Shown in pieces: positions 49,228 through 61,162 of a stretch of 64,000 bases of DNA. Both the position numbers and the translations under genes were made by a program. Source of the DNA: Trichosphaerium sp. ATCC 40318 (lineage: Eukaryota; Protista; Tubulinea); assembly GCA_038496445.1 (NCBI GenBank), contig JALMLS010000342.1, positions 248,877 to 312,876 on the forward strand, written 5' to 3'. Every line of letters begins with the position of its first letter. The stretch's first letter is position 1. The notes beneath the pieces were generated by a model. That model was given only the letters and a program-made list of their open reading frames with translations, had not been told where the DNA came from and did not search any database.

Positions 49228-50288
49228 AAAATTACCTAAACCTCTACTTTTCCGATTTTATTAGATTTTGCTACTTTCATGGCTGTGTTGTTAGGCACAG
49301 GCATGTATTATTATGGTGTGCAGCATTGACAATGATATTGTGCACTACATGGCCTGTGAGCGACACGCGAACTTTTTTTTGGTGTAAATTTTGAAATATT
49401 TTTACCATGCAGTTGTGTTTGGAGGCTGCATTTACAAATGTATTTTTAATTACTTTATGTATGTACATATATGTTATTAGGCCATATAAACGTGATACAA
49501 GCAATAATTGATTTGTAGGTATTTATAGTGATGAGTTATATAGATGTAAGCGATTTTGAGTTTGTAATTGGCTTTTTTTTTTGGTAAAAAATATGTATGC
49601 ACATTTCTCATATACACAAAGTTTTTAGTATATCATGTGTAGCTAAATTGTAATTTAAATTCATATTTATATACATACATGGTAACATAATGAGATATTA
49701 TTTATTTTCATATCTATTCATGACTATGAGATATAAGATAATCTTTTATTGGTAACTAAGATAATTTTTTATTCTTTTGGTAAAATAGTTTTCAAGAAAC
49801 TATCTACCACAAAGATTAAGGTTGTAATAAAAACGAACCTCTAACTGAGCGAAAATATGGCCTCAAGCATTCCCCATGAAAATATAAAATATGTTTCTAG
49901 CCCTTAAATGGCCGTTGCAAGCCAAATATGGCATCAAAATTATCATAAGTATTCTCCATAATGAGATAGCGTTTTTGGCAGCATTTTTACTGCTTTTCGG
50001 CACTTTTTAGCGGCAAAATCACGTTGGCCTAAGGATTGCTTACACAATGGCATTATAATATCACCTATAACACCCCACAAAGCTTTTTTGTATGTGCTTA
50101 TAATCTGACTACATGATGCAAGCAACGATTTGGTCATAGATGGTCATGGCTTTCGGTGATTCGAATGCGCGTTCATTACTTATTTTTAAGCAACTTCTTT
50201 TTGCATGAGGGCCCCCCTTGCCATATTGTCTCGTGATGCGAAACCGTGTTTTTAGTCTCCAAATTGCCATAAATTATGAATATGCAAT

Positions 50289-50969
50289 ACAAACGGCTCA
50301 TACTTTATACATAGTAAACCAAGACATATTGGCATAATATATATCAGGCGCTACATATATGGTGATATACATGGCACGTAATCAAGGCAACCCTAATGGG
50401 TAGACCATAAAATGGCAAAAAATATTTATTTACTATCACTATGCTGAATCACACTCTAGTTTTTATCATCATGTAAATATGGCTTTATAACCATGAGGTA
50501 CATATATAATGTGATGTTTGGTACAGCGGAGGGGGCTGGGGGCATTGGTGAACAGAGCAAAAAAAATGAATTTTTTACACATTTTCGGTAAAAAGTATCA
50601 ATGCGGGTAGTAGCACATCTCATTCACTGAACAAAATATGTTTGGTATCTCCATGATGGCACAAACATCAATTTATTAAAAACTAAGTTTCGCAACTCTG
50701 AGATGGCCACCATACATCATACGCGATTCAAAGTACAAAGCAACATTTTGGGCAAAAAATGACAGAAAACTAAAATGGCATGTAGGTAATATTTACATTT
50801 ACCATGTTGCTATCCAAATACAACTATATGAGGCATGTATAACAACTATGCCATATAGGATAAAAAATCACGTGGTGTATGGTGGCAAGCGATCGAAAAA
50901 CCCAAAAATGGTTCTGACTTTATGTATTTCACAAATTTTGGATCACATATATGCCGCCTCACCATTTCG
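50289..50969. other. Unique ~680-bp central spacer (S) of the palindrome, orientation 1
   Basis: Arm symmetry ends at ...gaatatgcaat (50288) and resumes at attgcatattc (50970); no credible ORF. Confidence 0.9.
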
Positions 50970-52637
50970 ATTGCATATTCATAATTTATGGCAAATTTGG
51001 AGACTAAAAACACGGTTTCGCAATCACGAGACAATATGGCAAGGGGGGCCCTCATGCAAAAAGAAGTTGCTTAAAAATAAGTAATGAACGCGCATTCGAA
51101 TCACCGAAAGCCATGACCATCTATGACCAAATCGTTGCTTGCATCATGTAGTCAGATTATAAGCACATACAAAAAGCTTTGTGGGGTGTTATAGGTGATT
51201 TTATAATGCCATTGTGTAAGCAATCCTTAGGCCAACGTGATTTTGCCGCTAAAAAGTGCCGAAAAGCAGTAAAAATGCTGCCAAAAACGCTATCTCATTA
51301 TGGAGAATACTTATGATAATTTTGATGCCATATTTGGCTTGCAACGGCCATTTAAGGGCTAGAAACATATTTTATATTTTCATGGGGAATGCTTGAGGCC
51401 ATATTTTCGCTCAGTTAGAGGGTTCGTTTTTATTACAACCTTAATCTTTGTGGTAGATAGTTTCTTGAAAACTATTTTACCAAAAGAATAAAAAATTATC
51501 TTAGTTACCAATAAAAGATTATCTTATATCTCATAGTCATGAATAGATATGAAAATAAATAATATCTCATTATGTTACCATGTATGTATAAATATGAATT
51601 TAAATTACAATTTAGCTACACATGATATACTAAAAACTTTGTGTATATGAGAAATGTGCATACATATTTTTTACCAAAAAAAAAAGCCAATTACAAACTC
51701 AAAATCGCTTACATCTATATAACTCATCACTATAAATACCTACAAATCAATTATTGCTTGTATCACGTTTATATGGCCTAATAACATATATGTACATACA
51801 TAAAGTAATTAAAAATACATTTGTAAATGCAGCCTCCAAACACAACTGCATGGTAAAAATATTTCAAAATTTACATCAAAAAAAGTTCGCGTGTCGCTCA
51901 CAGGCCATGTAGTGCACAAATATCATTGTCAATGCTGCACACCATAATAATACATGCCTGTGCCTAACAACACAGCCATGAAAGTAGCAAAATCTAATAA
52001 AATCGGAAAAGTAGAGGTTTAGGTAATTTTAACCCTAATTGGTTTATAGAATATAATCTTAATAAGTAAAAAGCAAATTACATCCAACGAAGTATTTTAA
52101 CAGAATACATAAATTTGGTAGTGAAATCCAACTTTGCAATTTTCAATGCAAGTTGCAAGTAATCGAAGTTATTTTTCCAAATCAAAACAATTCAAAACAT
52201 AAGTTGGTTCAAGCTGATAAACTGTTTATTTTGAGTTTTAAACACTTTTTCACAATGTACAATGTCATTTAAACTACAGCCAAGAAGTTTTATCTATTTA
52301 CTAGATTTTTTATATGGCTGGTGATTGCCTTTTACCAGGTGTTGGGCACATGACAGAGGAGTTAAACCTCAGTTTTGTAAATAATTAAAATTATCATCAT
52401 GTGGTGCAGTTTAATACATACCAACCTAAATAATCTTGTTGTATAATTTACAAGAATAAAGCCCAAAGTTATTACGACTCATGTCTTATGAATTGTTTTG
52501 TGATTTGAAAAAATAGCTTTGATTACTTGCAACACTTTTTTGGACTTGCATTGAAAATCAAAAGGTTTTTGGCCTTCCTTGTTCTGTGAAATCCTTCATC
52601 AAATGTAATTTGCTTTTTACTTGATTGATAATATTGT

Positions 52638-52790
52638 AGATTAGGATTAGGGCTTAATATCAGATTCTATGTTAGGGTTAGGGTTAGGGCTAGGTTTACA
52701 ACCCTAATGATTACACTATGTTGGCTAGGGCTAGATATAGGGTTACAACCCTAAGTAGAATTAGGGTTAGGTTAATATGTATTAGGGTTT
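52638..52790 (+). repeat. Degenerate telomere-like (TTAGGG) tract, mirror copy
   Basis: ttaggattagggc, gttagggttagggttagggctagg and ttagggttaggtt. Confidence 0.75.
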
Positions 52791-53084
52791 TGAGTCCAAT
52801 ATTTTACTAGCCTTGCTTTTTCTTTAAGTTATTATGTATCACTAACTAATGTGAAACAGTTTACAATAACGTTCATTTTGTTGCTTTTAGCATACTTATA
52901 ATTGTATTTTAGATTAAAGTTACTTTTACTGTATAACATCTTTACCAAAACCAAATTTGGATTGTCAACATTGGCAGCACACTTTCCACTGTAACACCAA
53001 AACTTATAAATGTTATCTTTATTGAGTCATGCTACAACTTACTTTTGTACAACAAAAAACATTTTATACACAACAAAGAATAAC

Positions 53085-54482
53085 CTACTCTTCTTCATCA
53101 TCACCAGCTTTATCAACGCCAAACACATCATTTGCTGTACGCAAACGATTTTCACGCTCTAGAAGCCGTAATTAGAGCCTTTGAAATTTGGACAAAAAAA
53201 AAACAAACATAGCAATGGTAAAATAAAAACATACGTTGACGTAATGTACTCTGCCTGCGCAAGCGTCTTTTACGGAACCCATTGCCAGATCTTATAGATG
53301 AACAATTAGCGAAAAGTGTTACTAATTTAACAAACAAAGGGGAAAAAAAAAAAACAAAACAATGGGCAAGATTTAAAGCACCTTAGCTGGCTAAGTGCAT
53401 CAGTGATATCCTCTGGTTGTTCCTTTTCACTATCGCTAGCAGGATTATCATCAATAACAACTACTACAGCCTTCTTTTCTTTCTTAGGTGCATTCGATGA
53501 TGAGGAGGATGATGACGATGGTTTATCTGCTTTCTACACGAGATGTAAGTTAGTTCCAACTAAACCCCCTTTTTTGGCAACATTGAATTGAAATAAAAGA
53601 GTTGGCTACGCACATTCTTTTCTTGACGACGTCGTTTACGTCTGAGCTCCCTCTGGCGTTCACGCTCCTCTTTTTCAGACAGTTTTTTGACTTCAGTGTC
53701 TTTGCCGGTCTTTTGACGTTGCTTCAACCTCTCCGCCTTTTCTTCTTGCCGCTTCTTACGGCGCTCTTTTTCTTCACGTGTCTTGCGTATCTTAACTTCT
53801 TTGCGTGCTTTCTTGACACACAGAGTATTAGTTTATTTACCAGCTGAAAGAAACAGTTGTCTTATCGATAGTTGCTTGTTGCGTACCTTAAAAGCCTCTG
53901 CAAACGCATTGACATACCCAAACAACACCTCTGGTGCTGTGGATGGTTTCTCACCAAATTTCTCAGCAATGCGCTTGTAATGGTCTTGTACAAGCTTAGA
54001 GCTCTTTTCAAGTTCTTCAAACTCCATTCTTGCTTCAGCAAGGAATGGCTAACACATTGTTAAATACGCTCAATCGTGAAAACAAAAAATACAATAATGA
54101 AGAAAAAAAAAAACAAACACAGACATCGACCGACGTACTGGCATAACTTCGTCAAATTTATCTTTTGGTCTGCCTTTCGTCTCAATAACTTGTTTCAACT
54201 TCTTTTCGCACAAGTTCATTTGTCCTTTCATTTTGTTTATATCGCCAGTCACATTGCCCCAGCTAACTGTTTGCACAAATAGTTAGTGAGGCTTTGCAAT
54301 TAAATGTAATAAAATTTCAAAAAGAAAAACAAATCTGAAATTGTGTGCATACTCCTGGTGGCGTGTTTTAAACTCTTCAGCTCATTCGTCCATTTAAGGA
54401 TTTCTGGATTTGTTGATTCAATATACTCTGTTATCCATTGTAATAAATTTCCCTTGTTATCAGTTGTACGTGTATCAACAAG
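53085..54482 (-). pseudogene. Inverted 3' fragment of the formin gene (distal FH2 + DAD)
   Basis: Exons from LVDTRTTDNK to ..GDDEEE* in reverse orientation; 5' part absent, broken within an intron at ~54510. Confidence 0.85.
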
Positions 54483-54549
54483 CTACAAAAAAATCAGAAC
54501 CAAAAAAAAAAAATAAAGAAAAAAAAAGAAAAAAAGAGGTGGTTGGTAC

Positions 54550-55211
54550 TTGAATCTGTGACTCTGCCACGAAAACTCTGGGAATACTTGCTTCAAACAC
54601 AGCGTTATGCTATCATTGTATCTAGTGAGGTCGGTTACAACAGAACGTCCGAATCGTCGGTTCAGCACTACCTAGTCTTCAATAATTTGTACATAACGCG
54701 TTGCTCATCTACCGCCATTACATCTTTGTAGTTATACAAGTACCAGTCTTGAAGCTTCTTAACACCTAATAAGCTACCAACTGCAAGTACATGCATTCGT
54801 TGAGTAACCAAATCGCCCCAGTAACTGGTAGGAGCGTTCCTACGAATAATAATGACAAAAAAAAATAAAACAAAGGGGGTTTTACCTGAAGCGGTGCAAT
54901 CTCCATTTATGACTTGGGTACAAACATTGCAACGCACGTGGAAGAGAGTTACCAAACCTAGTTTCAAAAAAAAGATTGTCAGCTTTTGCGTCGTTTACAA
55001 AGAACGCTTGCTATAGCGTATACACGCGTTTAGGTTCAAGCCTAGTTTATCTGTACCTGCTCAAAAGCGATGCAGCGCCTAATTCCAGCAACTCTTCCTT
55101 CGTTATACTGTACCATTCATCTATGGTATGTACACAAAGTTTGCGCTCTGCTTGCCGAAAAAATCGCGTTTGGTTTGTTCTGAGCAGCCAGAACCCTCGG
55201 GGAACATTCAT
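54550..55211 (-). pseudogene. 5' half (2 units) of Trp-repeat paralog 4, duplicated and truncated
   Basis: MNVPRGFW...FSWQSHRF, then the intron is cut by the rearrangement junction. Confidence 0.75.
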
Positions 55212-55947
55212 GGGCGTAGGTAGGAGTGACAGACGGACATAGTAATTTGTTTTTGGTTTTGAGATAAAGCGAGACCAACAAATTTTTTTTGTTTTTGGAG
55301 TAAAAAAGGAAAAACACCTCCTCGGTCCTGTATTTTGATTTGTCCGCTCTATTGGCGAGCCTCACGCGCATAACGGAACAATGAGCAGTCGTGTACGTTA
55401 TCACGCCACAAATAAACCGATTTTTTTTTACCCAAAACCACCGTAAAGCGGCCAGAGTAGCCACGTTTTAACGCCACGATTGTTTGTTGGTATCAGGACG
55501 CAGTTTTCAACAACATAGTTGCTTGTTTTGCGCTCGTACCCTGATATCAGGTAACAAGACGTGTTTGATACTACTGAGTATGTAATATCGAAAAATGGAC
55601 AGAACTTTTTTTAATTAAACAGTTGCGCCACTTGTTGAGCTGTAATAGACCAAATAGAGAAAAAAATTACTACGCCCTAACTCCGTGTATCTGTGGTAGT
55701 GCTGGGCGTGTCTATATGGTTGTTTTTTTCTTGTTGTTGTTGCTTGCAAAAAAAAAAAAATTGAACCTTGTATTCGCATTGCGGTGTTGCCCAGGGTTAT
55801 TTGACATTCTTCTTTATTGCACCCTTTCGGTTTTGTTATTATTCACCAAATCATTTTTCTTTTTCAAAACCTCACATTAACCACAAACTAAAAACCGTTA
55901 TCTTATAAAATTTTAACGTACGTGGGACGTACTAAATTCTATTATAG

Positions 55948-58900
55948 CAATCCCGTCGTTGTACATCAACAAATTGAAGGAATCTGCAGATCTCACAGTG
56001 CTCAAACAACTTCGCAAAACGTTGGAGAATGAGAAAATAAGTTGGATAGAGCGTTTCAGGCGAAAGGGTGGCTCCAAGTGCTTGATTCTTACTTTAGAGC
56101 GTATTAAAACTTCCAAAACGCAAGGTACAAGAGAAGAACACATGCTAATACAATGCATGAAATGTTTACAACAACTCATGAGTGACAAGGAGGTATGTAA
56201 AGTTTTTCTCTAGCACGTGTAGTTTTTTTTTTGTCTACTAATCACACCCCTTAACAGGCGACCACAGACTTACTAGTTAGCGAACCAAATCTGATCAGTG
56301 AAATTGCAGAAGCAATTGATACTCCATTTGGCTCTGTAAAAGGTAAGTACAATTCTACAAAGCCAATTATCAATTTGTCACTGTTTTTTTTTTTTATTTT
56401 TTTATTATGTTGCAATACATATTTGTTTTAACCTTCGTCTACTTTTTATTCACAAGCTTCTTTTTTAAAGCTATGGTGTATGAATTACTTGCTGCTATTG
56501 TACTCCTTACTGAAGACGGGCATCGTAAAGTATTAAAGGCCATGGATTGGTAAATAACGACCTTTTTTTTTGCTTAACTATTCTTTTTCTTCCGATCTAT
56601 CTGTTTGTTAACTAGGAGATTAGGTACCACTACAAATTTAGGGAGCGCCGTAGATTTCAAAATCTCGTTGATTGTGTGAGACTTGATAAGAGTTCAACTG
56701 TTAGAGCAACTGCGTTTTCGTTCATCAATTGTTTATTGAATACCCCAGAAGAACTGGATGCCCGTGTAGATTTGCGTCAAGAATTTCAGTCATTGGGGCT
56801 CGACATAGCGAAATTGAAACAAACTGAATTAGACGAAAAAGTTCTAGAGCAAGTGGAAGCGTTCGATCAAGATGCACAACAAGGTGGGCATACATTTTTT
56901 TTTAACGCATCTTGTGTGCGGTAGGGTAGTAGTATCAATTGACAGAACAAACAATAAAAAAAAAAAAAAACTCGCCAAAACAACCCAATTCGCCGGAAAA
57001 CCGACTGATTAATTTTTTTCAGATGAGGAGAGTATAAGGAACGCATGGCTGGCCGCAAGATCAATTTCCGCGCACCAAAGGATCTCTTTATTAATTTGAT
57101 TTCTCACCTAAGACCAGCGCCTCACTTGCGCCCACTGTTTCTATCTATAATGCGAGACATGAACTTGATGAAAACTGACAAAGATGGTGGTCTGAAATGC
57201 TGGTTGTTGGCTACAAAATTTATTCACAATGTTGCTGCTAATACAAAATCGTTCTCGTGGGATAATGGTGCGTGACAACAAATTATTGTGACAACAAAAA
57301 CCTGTTTTTGTTTGAACAAAAGCGAACGAAAAAAAAAAAAACCCCTATTGGCTTGACATGTGTTTCAAAATCATTCTTCGAATCCGCTAAGTTAATGTGT
57401 TCGGTTTTTTTTCTGCTTGTGTTCTGTTTGGGGCGCTGAACTAATGCATTTTTTTTACCCCTAGACCACACTGTGGATTTTGATGAATTAATGGAAGCCA
57501 TTGACGAAGAAGAACTTGAGTTGCTTCGATCATCGCCCAAAGATGCTGCTGTGCGCTTAAGGAAAGAGCTTGAGGAATGTCAGCAAAAGCTTGATGGGTT
57601 AGATGATCTCAAGAAAGAAAACAAGGCTTTACAAGAACAAATTGTCAAACTTAAAAAGAGTGTGGCCTCTGGAGGAGGTACCCCCTTTGTTCTCATTTTC
57701 GTACCTTTTCTCATTGTCTTTTTTAACCTGACCCACCGTAGCGCCACCACCTAAATCAAAACCATTGGAAGTATCTTCAGCACCACTTCCCCCACCACCA
57801 CCTCCTCCAGGCATGGCCGTTACAGGAGGACCTCCACCACCCCCTCCACCACCGGGCATGGCCGTTACAGGGGGACCACCGCCGCCTCCACCACCAGGTA
57901 CGGGTGGCCCAGGAGGACCACCACCGCCACCACCGCCGGGTATGGGCGGGCCTCCAGGACCGCCACCACCACCTGGAATGCCAGGGCCTCCTGGTGCGCC
58001 GCCAATGGGAAAACCAAAGCCCACCTATACGGTACGTTCTATCGCTTCTCATTATTATTATTTGCTTACGCCTCCCATGTTTTGCACATATTGGTTCTAC
58101 ACTTATAGTCTTGATTATATATCTATGTAGTTATATATATGTTTATTAATACGTATCCCTATCATCGGTGACATACATATCGAAGTTTTGTTTTGCCCAA
58201 GCCTGGCCTCTGAACTAACCTATTTATCTAAACAAAAGGGACCCAAACCATCAGTAAAAATGCGAAATTTGAACTGGCGTAAAGTTCCTGCGCACAAATT
58301 ACAGAATACAATTTTCGCGGATATGAAGTGGCAAGATTTGAAATTCAACCACGCAGATCTCGAAAAGAAATTCGCAAAAAAAATCATTATCAAGAAAAAG
58401 AAAGAAGGTACGCCGCCACCCAAAAATACTTTTTTTCTCAGTGCTTTTTTTTTGTTTTGTTTTGTTTTCCATTCCTGCACAAATGAACTCTATTGTTAAT
58501 TAATTTCTTAGCTTCAGCAGTAGCGAAAGCGAAGAAAGTGAGCCTTGTCGCTCCTAAGAGAAGTCAAAATTGTTCTATTTTTTTGAGTCGTTTTAAGATG
58601 GACTCAAGCACTGTAATTAATGCCATCACAAACTGTGATGAGAAAGTTCTTACTTTAGAAACAGCCTTAAGTTTGCTATTGAATATGCCAGCAAAGGAAG
58701 AGGTACCTACCATTGCTTCTGTTTTATTTATTTATTTATTTATTTTTTTTTACCAAACTGTGTTGTAACGCCTCCACTCCCTAGCTCCAACTCATTAATG
58801 ATTACTTACAAAACAATGGCAAACCTGAGATGCTGGAAAAAGTGGAACAATTTTACATCAAATTATCTAAAATTCCAGTACTTCAGCTACGCATGGACGT

Positions 58901-60715
58901 TATGGTGTTCAAGCTGAGGTTCCCAGAAAAAATGGGCGAGTTGAAGCCAGTGCGTTGCCCACCTTGGTTGTCTATTTTTTTTTTCTTTCAACTTTTTTTA
59001 CGCCGCAATGCTGATAGCCTCCGTAGGCAGTGTTTAAAGTTGGCAAAGCTATACGTGACTTACGTCACAAAGGAAAAAACTTTGTAAAGATAGTGGAGGT
59101 ACCTACTTGGTTATTTTTCTTTTAGTTTTTTAAAGTTGACCCCCTTTTTATTTCTAACAACCACTCTTAGATTATTTTAGCTGTAGGAAATTTTATAAAT
59201 CACAGTACTACACGTGGTAATTGTATGGGTTTTTATTTCCCTTCTTTGCTCAAGGTACTCTTTTTCTTTTCTTTTCTATTTATTTTTTTTTTCTTTTGGT
59301 TCTGATTTTTTTGTAGCTTGTTGATACACGTACAACTGATAACAAGGGAAATTTATTACAATGGATAACAGAGTATATTGAATCAACAAATCCAGAAATC
59401 CTTAAATGGACGAATGAGCTGAAGAGTTTAAAACACGCCACCAGGAGTATGCACACAATTTCAGATTTGTTTTTCTTTTTGAAATTTTATTACATTTAAT
59501 TGCAAAGCCTCACTAACTATTTGTGCAAACAGTTAGCTGGGGCAATGTGACTGGCGATATAAACAAAATGAAAGGACAAATGAACTTGTGCGAAAAGAAG
59601 TTGAAACAAGTTATTGAGACGAAAGGCAGACCAAAAGATAAATTTGACGAAGTTATGCCAGTACGTCGGTCGATGTCTGTGTTTGTTTTTTTTTTTCTTC
59701 ATTATTGTATTTTTTGTTTTCACGATTGAGCGTATTTAACAATGTGTTAGCCATTCCTTGCTGAAGCAAGAATGGAGTTTGAAGAACTTGAAAAGAGCTC
59801 TAAGCTTGTACAAGACCATTACAAGCGCATTGCTGAGAAATTTGGTGAGAAACCATCCACAGCACCAGAGGTGTTGTTTGGGTATGTCAATGCGTTTGCA
59901 GAGGCTTTTAAGGTACGCAACAAGCAACTATCGATAAGACAACTGTTTCTTTCAGCTGGTAAATAAACTAATACTCTGTGTGTCAAGAAAGCACGCAAAG
60001 AAGTTAAGATACGCAAGACACGTGAAGAAAAAGAGCGCCGTAAGAAGCGGCAAGAAGAAAAGGCGGAGAGGTTGAAGCAACGTCAAAAGACCGGCAAAGA
60101 CACTGAAGTCAAAAAACTGTCTGAAAAAGAGGAGCGTGAACGCCAGAGGGAGCTCAGACGTAAACGACGTCGTCAAGAAAAGAATGTGCGTAGCCAACTC
60201 TTTTATTTCAATTCAATGTTGCCAAAAAGGGGGGTTTAGTTGGAACTAACTTACATCTCGTGTAGAAAGCAGATAAACCATCGTCATCATCCTCCTCATC
60301 ATCGAATGCACCTAAGAAAGAAAAGAAGGCTGTAGTAGTTGTTATTGATGATAATCCTGCTAGCGATAGTGAAAAGGAACAACCAGAGGATATCACTGAT
60401 GCACTTAGCCAGCTAAGGTGCTTTAAATCTTGCCCATTGTTTTGTTTTTTTTTTTTTCCCCTTTGTTTGTTAAATTAGTAACACTTTTCGCTAATTGTTC
60501 ATCTATAAGATCTGGCAATGGGTTCCGTAAAAGACGCTTGCGCAGGCAGAGTACATTACGTCAACGTATGTTTTTATTTTACCATTGCTATGTTTGTTTT
60601 TTTTTTGTCCAAATTTCAAAGGCTCTAATTACGGCTTCTAGAGCGTGAAAATCGTTTGCGTACAGCAAATGATGTGTTTGGCGTTGATAAAGCTGGTGAT
60701 GATGAAGAAGAGTAG
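55948..60715 (+). CDS. Diaphanous-related formin, copy 2 (FH1 variants)
   Basis: Same exon series as 43384-48168; FH1 differs (EVSS vs EISS; TGGPGG vs MSGPGG; one Pro fewer; PPPPPG vs PPPLPG). Confidence 0.88.
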
Positions 60716-61008
60716 GTTATTCTTTGTTGTGTATAAAATGTTTTTTGTTGTACAAAAGTAAGTTGTAGCATGACTCAATAAAGATAACATTTATAAGTTT
60801 TGGTGTTACAGTGGAAAGTGTGCTGCCAATGTTGACAATCCAAATTTGGTTTTGGTAAAGATGTTATACAGTAAAAGTAACTTTAATCTAAAATACAATT
60901 ATAAGTATGCTAAAAGCAACAAAATGAACGTTATTGTAAACTGTTTCACATTAGTTAGTGATACATAATAACTTAAAGAAAAAGCAAGGCTAGTAAAATA
61001 TTGGACTC

Positions 61009-61162
61009 AAAACCCTAATACATATTAACCTAACCCTAATTCTACTTAGGGTTGTAACCCTATATCTAGCCCTAGCCAACATAGTGTAATCATTAGGGTT
61101 GTAAACCTAGCCCTAACCCTAACCCTAACATAGAATCTGATATTAAGCCCTAATCCTAATCT
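61009..61162 (+). repeat. Degenerate telomere-like (CCCTAA) tract, copy in second unit
   Basis: Same sequence as 48464-48614. Confidence 0.75.

Larger units (their letters stand above)
41893..50288 (+). repeat. Segmental duplication unit A+B, copy 1 (~8.4 kb)
   Basis: Near-identical direct copy at 54512-62833 with the same ORF series; scattered SNPs/indels mostly in the A part. Confidence 0.95.
46741..50288 (+). repeat. Left arm (B) of a large inverted repeat (~3.55 kb)
   Basis: Reverse complement at 50970-54510; mirrored ORFs, e.g. 47225..47419(+) and 53833..54027(-). Confidence 0.95.
50970..54510 (-). repeat. Right arm (B') of the large inverted repeat
   Basis: Reverse complement of 46741-50288; carries the copy-2 variants at diagnostic sites. 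Confidence 0.95.

Noticed and set aside
49943-51084. Short ORFs in the palindrome centre (also 62488..62931) as a possible transposase, resolvase or protelomerase
   Set aside because: No recognisable motifs, frames are not preserved between copies, they cross the arm/core boundary, and there is no splice pattern.
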